Shown here: positions 48,719 through 57,323 of the stretch, in pieces
How the letters are laid out: the number at the start of each line of letters is the position of its first letter
Position numbering within the stretch: position 1 is the stretch's first letter
Assembly: GCA_963809895.1 (NCBI GenBank)
Contig: CAWELD010000010.1
Coordinates: forward strand, 864,001 to 928,000
Source: an uncultured Gemmatimonadales bacterium
Lineage (GTDB): Bacteria; Gemmatimonadota; Gemmatimonadetes; Longimicrobiales; Gaopeijiaceae
Direction: 5' to 3'
Length of the DNA: 64,000 nt
Translations under genes and position numbers: made by a program
Notes under the pieces: generated by a model
The model's database searches: none
Told to the model about the DNA's origin: nothing
What the model saw: only the letters and a program-made list of their open reading frames with translations

Positions 48719-51058
48719 TCAGAAGGCGTATTCCAGTCGGATGAACACCACTCGGCCGGGCTCTGCTATGGGCGCGCCGGTGAAGGGATTCCTGGCGTTC
48801 AGCGCATTGACGTACCACCGATCGCCGACGTTGTCCACGCCGAAGCGCACGCGCGTATCGGGAAGGAGCTCCGCCCCGGCGTGCAGGTCGAAGGTGGCGT
48901 AGCCGCCGGTGCGCTGTTCACCGCGGGCCGTGGCCACGCGCTCCTGGTCGGCGGCGGTGTGGGCGATGGCTTCCACGTTGAAGCGCTGATCGGGGCGCTC
49001 CCAACGGAGGTTGAAGTCGGCGTGCAGGGGTGGAATCCCCAGGACCGGCTCGTCCAGCGTCCGGTCCCGCCCCCACAGGTAGCCGCCCTTGCCGGTGAAG
49101 GTGAAGGTCGGGCTCAACGCCGCGGTGGCGGATACTTCGGTGCCCCAGAAGTCCGCCGAGCCGTTGATGTAGCGATACACCGTGTTGGGGCTCAACGGCA
49201 GCCGTTTGGGCAGGTCCGTGGCTTCCAGCGTGATGTAGTCCTCGACCCGGCGCGCGAAGAGGTTGAAGGACAGCGACACCGACGACAGCCGGCCATCGAG
49301 CCACAGATCGGCCTGCGTGCTGCGCTCGGGGTTCAGGCCCGGAGATCCCACGAACTCGGCGCTGGTCTGCGCCTTGCTGGCCGGGATCCGGTCCGAGTAG
49401 CGCTCTGTGGCGTCGGCGGTGCGCACGACCGAGCCCAGCCCCAGTGCCATGGACCAGCCCGCGGCGGGCTGGAAGCTCACGGTCAGGGCCCCGCTGACAT
49501 TGGTCTCGCGGGAGTCCAGATCGGTGCCGCCGCTCAGCGTGCTGGCGAAGAACTCGCTCACCGAGTCCGCGCTGGTGCGCACCCCGTCGAGGCGCAGCGC
49601 GGCGGCCAGCGACGCGCCCTCGCCCAGCGTTCTCGTCGCACGAGCGAAGAGGCCGGCGTCGGTGATGATCGCGTCGGGCCACATGAGGTCCGTGAACATG
49701 AGCATGCCGGTGTCGCGCCGGTGGATCGTGCGGGTGGCCTTTCGTCGCGCACGGTACAGGTCCCCACCCACCTCGAGCTGCCAGCGTGGATCGGGCGCCA
49801 GGGTCGCCGCCAGCCTTCCGCCCGTGACGCGAATGCTGGCGTCCACCGCCACGTCCAGCGGGAACGGCGGCATGCGATTCGGATTGGCCTGGGCCGTGGG
49901 CTTGTCGTCGTTGTCCATGGCGTGATTGACGTCGTTGACGTAGGCCAGCACGTCCAGGTCATCGAGCACGCCGCTGTCGCGAGTGACCTTCCACTCCGCC
50001 GACAGGTTGGTCGTGTGGAAGTAGTTGGCGTCCAGGATCAGGCCCGGGTAGTCGATGTCGTTCTGGTCCTGATATCCCCCGGCAACCACGAGGTCCGAGC
50101 CTTCGGCGAGCTCGTAGCCCAGTTTGCCGCGCGCTTCCCACGACGTGTAGCCGCCCGGAATCCGCGACCCGGCGCCGTCGGTGTAGGTGTCCCCTTCGCG
50201 CCACGCGCCCGAGCCCCACCAGGAGACCCGGTCGCTGGAGCCCACCACGGAGCCCGACGTCTCGGCCGCGCCCAGGTTGCCGTCGTAGCCGGTGAGCATG
50301 TGACCGTGCAGCGGCCCCGGCACGGTGGGGGGCAGATCCTGCGTGCGCACCCGGATGGCGCTCATGTTGCCGGCGCCCCAGGTGAGCGCGTAGGGGCCCT
50401 TCACCACCTCGATGTTCTGGAGGGTGCTCGGATCCAGGTGAGAGAGGGGGGAGTCCATGCGCGCGGGTCCCGCCGGAAACTGGCGCGTGCCGTCCAGGTA
50501 GACGCCGACCTCGGTCTCGCGCAATCCGCGAACCACGGGATCCAGGCCCAGCGATCCCCGGCGCACCGAGCTCACCCCCGGCAGCTTGCGTAGCAGGTCA
50601 CCGACATCCCGGGGATTGGCCTCGCGCGCCTGGCGGCCCTGGAGCTCCGCCTGCGGTCTGAGGGTCGGGCGCAGGACCGACACGTCGATGCCCGTGAGCG
50701 AGAGGGGGCGCGTCTCCAGGGTGAAGTCGACCCGTACGGTATCTCCGGCCACCACCGTGACATCGGTGGCGCCCGCCCTGTATCCGAGGGCCGAGGTCCG
50801 GAACTGGTGGACGCCCGCCGCCACGGGGCCGAGCACGTAGTGGCCGCCGGATCCGGACACGGCCTGGAGGTCGGATCCGACCAGCGCGACGGTGGCGGCG
50901 GCCAGTGGGTTTCCGTCGGACGAGGTGATGCGGCCCTCGATCCATCCCCGGGCCTGGGCTCGAAGAGGTTGCGCGACGAGGAGTGCCGCGCAGGCGAACG
51001 AATAGATCATGCGCCGGCGCACGCGGTGACGTGCGTCCGGCAGTATCGTGTGATTCAC
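48719..51058 (-). CDS. TonB-dependent receptor, OprC (copper receptor)-like
   Basis: N-terminal carboxypeptidase-regulatory-like domain; plug LPGVS..DPVVRG..PAGPARMDSP..IEVVKGPY; NHAMDN; LNPERS; C-terminal F. Confidence 0.9.
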   Translation of the reverse strand: MNHTILPDARHRVRRRMIYSFACAALLVAQPLRAQARGWIEGRITSSDGNPLAAATVALVGSDLQAVSGSGGHYVLGPVAAGVHQFRTSALGYRAGATDVTVVAGDTVRVDFTLETRPLSLTGIDVSVLRPTLRPQAELQGRQAREANPRDVGDLLRKLPGVSSVRRGSLGLDPVVRGLRETEVGVYLDGTRQFPAGPARMDSPLSHLDPSTLQNIEVVKGPYALTWGAGNMSAIRVRTQDLPPTVPGPLHGHMLTGYDGNLGAAETSGSVVGSSDRVSWWGSGAWREGDTYTDGAGSRIPGGYTSWEARGKLGYELAEGSDLVVAGGYQDQNDIDYPGLILDANYFHTTNLSAEWKVTRDSGVLDDLDVLAYVNDVNHAMDNDDKPTAQANPNRMPPFPLDVAVDASIRVTGGRLAATLAPDPRWQLEVGGDLYRARRKATRTIHRRDTGMLMFTDLMWPDAIITDAGLFARATRTLGEGASLAAALRLDGVRTSADSVSEFFASTLSGGTDLDSRETNVSGALTVSFQPAAGWSMALGLGSVVRTADATERYSDRIPASKAQTSAEFVGSPGLNPERSTQADLWLDGRLSSVSLSFNLFARRVEDYITLEATDLPKRLPLSPNTVYRYINGSADFWGTEVSATAALSPTFTFTGKGGYLWGRDRTLDEPVLGIPPLHADFNLRWERPDQRFNVEAIAHTAADQERVATARGEQRTGGYATFDLHAGAELLPDTRVRFGVDNVGDRWYVNALNARNPFTGAPIAEPGRVVFIRLEYAF

Positions 51059-51093
51059 GGTCCTGCCCTCGGTGGCGAAGTCTGCGTGGGAGG

Positions 51094-51120
51094 GTCGACT
51101 CGACGGCAGGTCGAGTCGGC
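51094..51120 (-). promoter_or_regulatory. Intergenic hairpin between the leader ORF and the receptor
   Basis: Core CGACTCGAC-N5-GTCGAGTCG, extendable. Confidence 0.55.
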
Positions 51121-51144
51121 TCCGCTTCGAATGGCCTCGTTACG

Positions 51145-51561
51145 TCAGGCCAGCGAGGGCGGTGCCTGGGACCAGGGCAGCAGGTAGGGGATCTGGCGGG
51201 CAGCACTCCGGACCGGGGTGCGGGTCTCCAGGCGCACGGGCGCGGCCGGTGCAGCCGCGAGGAACAGTGGGGGCGCCGGAGGGGCCGTGGCCGCCGTGGA
51301 ACCGGGGCAGCCGCCTGCGCAATTGCAGGGCACGTGACCGAAAGGCCCCCTGGGCGCGGGCTCCTGGCCGTCCTGATGCTGGGCGGCGCTCCCCGAACCC
51401 ATGGGCATGGCATGGTGCGCCATGGGCATGGCGGCGGAACCCTGCTGCGATCCCATGCCATGGTGGGGACACGGCATGATCCCCGTGCCTCCCAGGGCCA
51501 ACCCCGGGAGGAGGGTGAGCGCGATGAGCGCGAGGGTCGGACGCTTCACAGTTCCGGACAC
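51145..51561 (-). CDS. DUF2946-like metal-responsive leader ORF
   Basis: Signal-like N-terminus, CPHH, Met/His-rich tract, CNCAGGC, C-terminal PYLLPWSQAPP. Confidence 0.75.
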   Translation of the reverse strand: MSGTVKRPTLALIALTLLPGLALGGTGIMPCPHHGMGSQQGSAAMPMAHHAMPMGSGSAAQHQDGQEPAPRGPFGHVPCNCAGGCPGSTAATAPPAPPLFLAAAPAAPVRLETRTPVRSAARQIPYLLPWSQAPPSLA

Positions 51562-51779
51562 GATGGTGCTGAATATGGACCCGGAGGCAGGTCCGCGTCA
51601 CCCCCCGTCGCGCGGGCGGGCGCGGGGTCGTGTGCCTCAGCGGGCCATGGCTCAGCCAGTCATCCCCGTCGTCGCAGATCGGCGGCACTCCTCGGGATCC
51701 CGTGTGTAACGAGCGGCCGAGCTTGCTGACTCCGAGTACTCAGGCGATCCGCTCTCGCGGACGTCTCGCGACAGAGGCC

Positions 51780-52381
51780 ATGTCCGTTCCCCCCCGCATC
51801 TTCCTGCTCTCTCCGGCCAATCTCTCCGGGGTGCGGGGTTCCCGAATCCTCGAGGGAACGTGTGGGGCCGGCTTCATGTACCGTCTTCTGCGGGACGAGA
51901 CGGTTCCGCTGGGTGACGTCTACGAGTTCATCAGCTCGCTCTACTACCGCGGAAAGCGGCGCTATGCGTGGACCTTCGGCCGGGCAGCTCCGGCCCACGC
52001 CAAGGCGCTGACGATCACGTCCAACCGCGGGCTGGTGCCCGACGACGCGCCCGTGACCCTGGAGGAGCTCCGGGGATTCGCCTCACAGGCCATCGATCCG
52101 TCCGATCCGGGCTACCGTGTCGCCTTGCTGGAGACGGCGCGGTGCCCTGTCGTGCCGAGCTGTCCCGGGGCGGCCGGGCGGTCCTCCTGGGCAGCATCGC
52201 CACGGACAAGTACCTCGAGCCCCTGTTGGACGTCCTGGGCGACCGCCTCCTGGTGCCGGCCGCCTTCGTCGGTCGCGGCGACATGAGCCGGGGCAGCCTC
52301 ATGTTGAAGGCCGCGGCGTCGGGCGATGAGCTGGCGTACGTGACGGCGGGCGAGGTGCTTCGCGACGCCGGACGGATCTGA
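51780..52381 (+). CDS. Conserved hypothetical protein (frameshift near 52140)
   Basis: MSVPPRIFLLSPAN..FISSLYYRGK..; continues in another frame as VLLGSIATDKY..FVGRGDMSRGSLML. Confidence 0.65.
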
Positions 52382-52753
52382 GACGGCGTGGGAGGTGGCC
52401 GGGTCGCGCAGCGAACGCTGAGAAGACGAGGGGTCCGGAGATTGCTGCCGGGGTTGCCAGGAGGGCGGGGGACTCGAGGTGGATTGCGGTCAAGCGAGCA
52501 CGGACCCTCTTCCTGCCGGGCCCGTGCGGGTGCGGCGGCGATGATTGCCGCTTCGGCTACAATGCTCCGCCGCGCCCCGGTGGTCGCGCCATGGACCGGA
52601 ACTATTGCCGTCGGACCATCAAGGCATCGTGGATCACGCGAGGTTGCAGGGTTCTCGGCACGGCGGCGGGGGGCCGAACCTGGACGTCTACGACGTTCGC
52701 CGTCGGCGTCGGACCTCTGGCGCAAACCCCGCCGTATTGGGCATTCTCCTGCC

Positions 52754-54715
52754 ATGAGCCTCCCCGAACGCCTGGTCCATTGGGCCAAGGAAGCGAAGCG
52801 CCGGCGCGTCTACACCTCCGCCGTCGCATACATCGTCGTCGCCGTCACGGTCATGGAGCTGTCGGGAAACATCTTCTCGGCGCTGGACCTGCCGCCGTGG
52901 AGCTCGCGCCTGGTCGTCATCCTCCTGATGCTGGGCTTTCCGGTGGTGGTGGTGATGGCCTGGGTGTTCGACATCACGGCGGGCGGGGTGAAACGCACCG
53001 AGGCCGGGGGGAGCACGGCAGCCGCGGGACACCCTCGCGGCAGCCCGGTCAGGGCTGCTCGCCGGGTCCACGGAGGACCCAGGACCGCTGCTGCCCTGCC
53101 CGCCGCCACGTCCGAGCCGCCGGCCCCGCCTCCGGAGCTCGAGCCCGCGGAGCCACCGGACGCCGACCGCGTCAAGCGCGCGGCCATCGGCCACGTCCGC
53201 CACGAGCTCAAGACGCCCATCAACGGGATCCTCGGATACAGCGAGATGCTTCTGGAGGACCTGGAAGACGAGGATCGCGAAGAGCTGGCACCCGATCTGG
53301 AGAACATCCGCAAGGGTGGGCGGGAGCTTCTCAGGCTCATCGACACGACGCTGGATCCCGACCGCATCGAGCAGGCGGTGGACATCGATCTGGACGAGTA
53401 CGGCCGCCAGATCCGCGCGGACCTGCGCAACCCGATCAACGCGGTCATCGGCTACGCGGAGCTGCTCATCGAGACCGTCGAGGAGAGCGACCGACCCCAG
53501 TACGTCTCGGATCTACAGCGCATCCGCACGGCGGCGATGCGGCTGCTGGAGCTGAGCACGGACCTGGTCGAGGTGGCTACCTCGCACGATCCGTCGCTGG
53601 CGGACCGCGGTCGTCTGGGCGAAGCGAGCAGCCTCGCGCACACGGTGCTCTCCAAGGCCGGTCGGGCCGCGGGACCCGCCGAAGACGGCACGGGCTCGCT
53701 GCTGGTGGTGGACGACAACGGAAGCAACCGGGAGCTGTTGTCCCGTCAGCTCGCCCGGGCGGGGTTCATGGTGGAGGTCGCTTCCGACGGGCCTTCGGCG
53801 CTGGACCGGCTGGCGGAGCGGAGCTTCGACCTGGTGCTCCTGGACGTGATCATGCCGGAGATGGACGGCCTCGAGGTGCTCCGGCGCATCAAGTCCGATC
53901 CGCATCTGGCCCGGACGCCGGTGATCATGCTGTCGTCGTTGGACGACGTGGAGAGCGCGCTTCGCTGCATCGACCTGGGCGCCGAGGATTTTCTCCACAA
54001 GCCCTTCCACCCGACGCTCCTCCGGGCCCGTATCGGTGCGTCGCTGGAGCTTCGACGCGTCCGCAACGAGTCTGACGAGCACCGCAACGGTCTCGTCGGT
54101 GGCCTCACGCGAACCATGATCCGGGGCGCGTTCCCCGATGCCATCGCGGAGCGCGTGGGGGCGGGCGAGGAGACGATTCTGGAGACGTTCGGAGAGGCCA
54201 CGGTGCTCTGGTGCGACGTGGAGGCGGCGGCCCGCAACCGGACCCGCGACGTCGGGCTGATCGCGACGCGCACGCAGATGCTGGTCTCCACCCTGGAGGC
54301 CGTGGCCGAACGCCACGATATCGAGACGGTGAGCGCGCGAGGCGAGGGCGTGAGCCTGGTCGGGGGGGTGCCCACGCCCTCGCCGGACCACGTGCTCGCG
54401 GCGGCGGAAGCGGCGCTGGAGCTCGGCGCCATTCTGGCCCAGGCCCCCGAATTCGACGCGCCGGTCCGCCTCGGTCTGGACAGCGGCGAGGTCACCGGCG
54501 GCGTCTTCGGCCATGAGCGGAAGACCTACCGCCTGTGGGGCGAGCCCATGGAAGTGGCGCGCCTCCTGGGCGCCCAGGCCGCCACAGGGACCATCCTGGT
54601 CTCACCCAATGCGCATCGGCTCCTTTCGGGGCGCTACCGGTTCAGCAAGGGCTCGGTGCACGATCTGCCCGGTCGCGGTCAGATGAAGATCTACTCGCTG
54701 GAGGGGCCGGCCTGA
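52754..54715 (+). CDS. Membrane-anchored HisKA-HisKA-REC-degenerate class III cyclase protein
   Basis: Two TM helices; RHELKTPINGILGYSE; RADLRNPINAVIGYAE; LLVVDD..LLDVIMP..KP; ATVLWCDV..RLGLDSG..LWGE. Confidence 0.85.
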   Translation: MSLPERLVHWAKEAKRRRVYTSAVAYIVVAVTVMELSGNIFSALDLPPWSSRLVVILLMLGFPVVVVMAWVFDITAGGVKRTEAGGSTAAAGHPRGSPVRAARRVHGGPRTAAALPAATSEPPAPPPELEPAEPPDADRVKRAAIGHVRHELKTPINGILGYSEMLLEDLEDEDREELAPDLENIRKGGRELLRLIDTTLDPDRIEQAVDIDLDEYGRQIRADLRNPINAVIGYAELLIETVEESDRPQYVSDLQRIRTAAMRLLELSTDLVEVATSHDPSLADRGRLGEASSLAHTVLSKAGRAAGPAEDGTGSLLVVDDNGSNRELLSRQLARAGFMVEVASDGPSALDRLAERSFDLVLLDVIMPEMDGLEVLRRIKSDPHLARTPVIMLSSLDDVESALRCIDLGAEDFLHKPFHPTLLRARIGASLELRRVRNESDEHRNGLVGGLTRTMIRGAFPDAIAERVGAGEETILETFGEATVLWCDVEAAARNRTRDVGLIATRTQMLVSTLEAVAERHDIETVSARGEGVSLVGGVPTPSPDHVLAAAEAALELGAILAQAPEFDAPVRLGLDSGEVTGGVFGHERKTYRLWGEPMEVARLLGAQAATGTILVSPNAHRLLSGRYRFSKGSVHDLPGRGQMKIYSLEGPA

Positions 54716-54724
54716 GTCCGGGGC

Positions 54725-55102
54725 TCAGCTCCCGGTGCCGACCAGGGCCTCGATCTTGCCCAGGAGCCGGCTGAGCTCCACGGGCTTGGTGTCGAAATCG
54801 TCGCACCCCGCCGCCATCGCCTTCTCCTGGTCTCCGGCCATGGCGTGGGCCGTGAGCGCGATGACCGGGATGCCCGCGGTGGCCTCGTCGCCCTTGAGCG
54901 TGCGGGTGGCGGTCCATCCGTCCATGATCGGAAGGCTCATGTCCATGAGCACGATGTCGGGACTGCCGGACCGCGCCATGGCGACCCCCTGCTCCCCGTC
55001 CACGGCGATGGTCACGTCGTAGCCGCGCTTGATGAGGCGTCTCGAGAGCATGTCTCGATTCATCTCGTCGTCTTCCACGAGCAGGATTCTGGTCACGGGC
55101 AT
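54725..55102 (-). CDS. Single-domain response regulator (DivK-like)
   Basis: ILLVEDD, LMDMSLP, IALTAHAM, TKP. Confidence 0.93.
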   Translation of the reverse strand: MPVTRILLVEDDEMNRDMLSRRLIKRGYDVTIAVDGEQGVAMARSGSPDIVLMDMSLPIMDGWTATRTLKGDEATAGIPVIALTAHAMAGDQEKAMAAGCDDFDTKPVELSRLLGKIEALVGTGS

Positions 55103-55133
55103 CGTCTCCTTGGTTCTGAATTGGGGGGGCTCC

Positions 55134-57323
55134 TCAGCCTCGTGCGGACGCCTCTTCACGGGCGTCCGGGGCGGGAGGATCCGAAGGGGGTGCTTCCGCG
55201 CCGGAGGGGCGCACCGTGCGGGGAAGGCGGAGCGTGAAGACCGAGCCCTCGCCCGGCGTGCTGTCCACGAAGATGTCGCCCCCCATGAGGAGGGCGAACT
55301 GGCGGCTGATGACCAGTCCGAGTCCCGTGCCGCCGAAGCGCTTCGTAGTGGAGGCGTCGGCCTGACCGAAGGCCTCGAAGATGCGCTCGAGTTGCCGATC
55401 GGTCATGCCGATACCCGAATCTTCCACCGAGATCTGGAGCCATTCCACCCCGCGGGTCTGCTGAGGGCGGACCGAAAGGGTGACCGTGCCGTCCTGCGTG
55501 AACTTGCTGGCGTTGGAGAGGAGGTTGAGGAGGATCTGGCGGAGCTTCATGTGATCGACCGTCACCGGTGGCAACTCCTCCGGCAGCTCCATGACGAGGC
55601 GGTTCGCGTTGCGCCGCACCATGGGCTCGATGGTGGAGGCCACTTCCTCCACCAGCTTGCGCAGATCCAGCTCCTCCAGGAAGAGCTCCATCTTGCCGGC
55701 CTCGATCTTCGACAGGTCCAGGATGTCGTTGATGAGCGCCAGCAGGTGCCGCCCGGCGTGCTGGACCTTCTCGAGATCCGGGATGAAGTCCTCCTGGCCC
55801 ACCTCTTCGGCCTCCTCGGCCAGCATCTCGCTGTAGCCGATGATGGCGTTGAGGGGCGTGCGGAGCTCATGGCTCATGTTGGCCAGAAAGCGGCTCTTGG
55901 CCTGGTTCGCCTCCTCCGCTTCGCGACGGGCCTCCAACAACTCGCTCACGTCGTGGTACAGTGCCAGGATGCCGGTCTGTTCTCCCCTGACCTGAACGCT
56001 GCAGGCGGCCAGCTCGACCTCGATGAACTGGCCGTCCTTGCGCCGCCGCCGGCCGATGGCGTGGAGGGTCTTGCCCGACGCCGCGGCGTCGGTGTAACCC
56101 ACGGCCTCGTCCATGGTCTCCTGGGTGTTGATCAGGTCGTCGAGGTTGAGGCCCACTGCTTCGGCCGGGGACCAGCCGAAGAGACGCTCGAAGGCCGGAT
56201 TCAGCGCCACGATTCTCCCGTCCAGATCCGCCACCACGATGGCCACGGGGCTGTTGGAGACCAGGGTCTCGAAATACTGGCGCTGGGACTGGGCTTCGGT
56301 GTAGAGGCGGGCGTTGTCGATGGCGATGGCCGCCTGTGGAGCGAAGAGATTCAGAAGCCGGAGGTCTTCGGGCCCGAAGGTGCGGGCGCCGTCGGTGTGC
56401 ACGCTGGCCAGGGTACCCACGAGGCGACTGCCGATCATGAGGGGGACCACGGCCACGCCACGGGCGGTGGTGTCGGCGTATTTCGACGAGCGATGCTCCC
56501 ATTCCAGGTAGTTGGGGATGATGAGTGGCTCGCGCGTCTGTGCCACCATCCCCATCCCCCCCTCACCCAACTTCATGCGCGTGCCGATGGAGTCGCTTCC
56601 GATGTTGTGGCTGGCCACGATCTCCAGCTCGCGGGCCTCCTCGTCGTAGATGGCGAGCTCGCCACCCGTCACGCCGAGCAGGGTCACGGCGCGCTGGACC
56701 ACGCGGTGGAGCAGCCGGGACAGCTCGAGCTCGCTGGACAGGTCCTGCATGGTGTCCAGCAGCGCGCGCTGCTCCTGCGATCGCTGACGCTCGGCATGGA
56801 GCAGCCGTGCTCGACCGATGGCGATGCCCGCCTGCTGTGACGCGGCGGTGAGGATGCGAAAATCCTCCTCGCCGAAGGCATCGGCCTGGTCGCTCTCCAC
56901 GACCAGGACTCCGACCACCTCGTCGTCGACGTACAGGGGCAGGTCGAGCTCGGAGCCGTGCGCCGCGCCCGAGACGTATCCGGGTTCCTGGTGGGGGGCC
57001 CCGGAATAGTGGAGATGTCCGTCGAGGATGGGCCGTTCACTCAGTCCGTGCCCGGGCGTCAGGCGATAGCCTTCGTGGGCGCCTTCCCATCCCACGCTGG
57101 CGCGCAGCACCCGGTCGCCCGTCTCGGGGTCGATCAGGAAGACTCCCACGAAGTCGTAGCCGACGGCTGGATCGCGGAGCCCGTCCACCACGCTCTGGCA
57201 GACCTCGCTCTCGTCGCGGGCCGCTGCGATGCGCGTGCTCAGCCGCAGCAGGGCGGCCTGACGATGGGCCTCCCGGGGAGCGTCGGGACCGGGATCCAGA
57301 GGGTCCGGAAAGGGGGTGGTCAC
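55134..57323 (-). CDS. Sensor histidine kinase GAF-GAF-PAS-HisKA-HATPase
   Basis: [41 protein letters not shown] overlap with the upstream gene. Confidence 0.92.
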   Translation of the reverse strand: MTTPFPDPLDPGPDAPREAHRQAALLRLSTRIAAARDESEVCQSVVDGLRDPAVGYDFVGVFLIDPETGDRVLRASVGWEGAHEGYRLTPGHGLSERPILDGHLHYSGAPHQEPGYVSGAAHGSELDLPLYVDDEVVGVLVVESDQADAFGEEDFRILTAASQQAGIAIGRARLLHAERQRSQEQRALLDTMQDLSSELELSRLLHRVVQRAVTLLGVTGGELAIYDEEARELEIVASHNIGSDSIGTRMKLGEGGMGMVAQTREPLIIPNYLEWEHRSSKYADTTARGVAVVPLMIGSRLVGTLASVHTDGARTFGPEDLRLLNLFAPQAAIAIDNARLYTEAQSQRQYFETLVSNSPVAIVVADLDGRIVALNPAFERLFGWSPAEAVGLNLDDLINTQETMDEAVGYTDAAASGKTLHAIGRRRRKDGQFIEVELAACSVQVRGEQTGILALYHDVSELLEARREAEEANQAKSRFLANMSHELRTPLNAIIGYSEMLAEEAEEVGQEDFIPDLEKVQHAGRHLLALINDILDLSKIEAGKMELFLEELDLRKLVEEVASTIEPMVRRNANRLVMELPEELPPVTVDHMKLRQILLNLLSNASKFTQDGTVTLSVRPQQTRGVEWLQISVEDSGIGMTDRQLERIFEAFGQADASTTKRFGGTGLGLVISRQFALLMGGDIFVDSTPGEGSVFTLRLPRTVRPSGAEAPPSDPPAPDAREEASARG

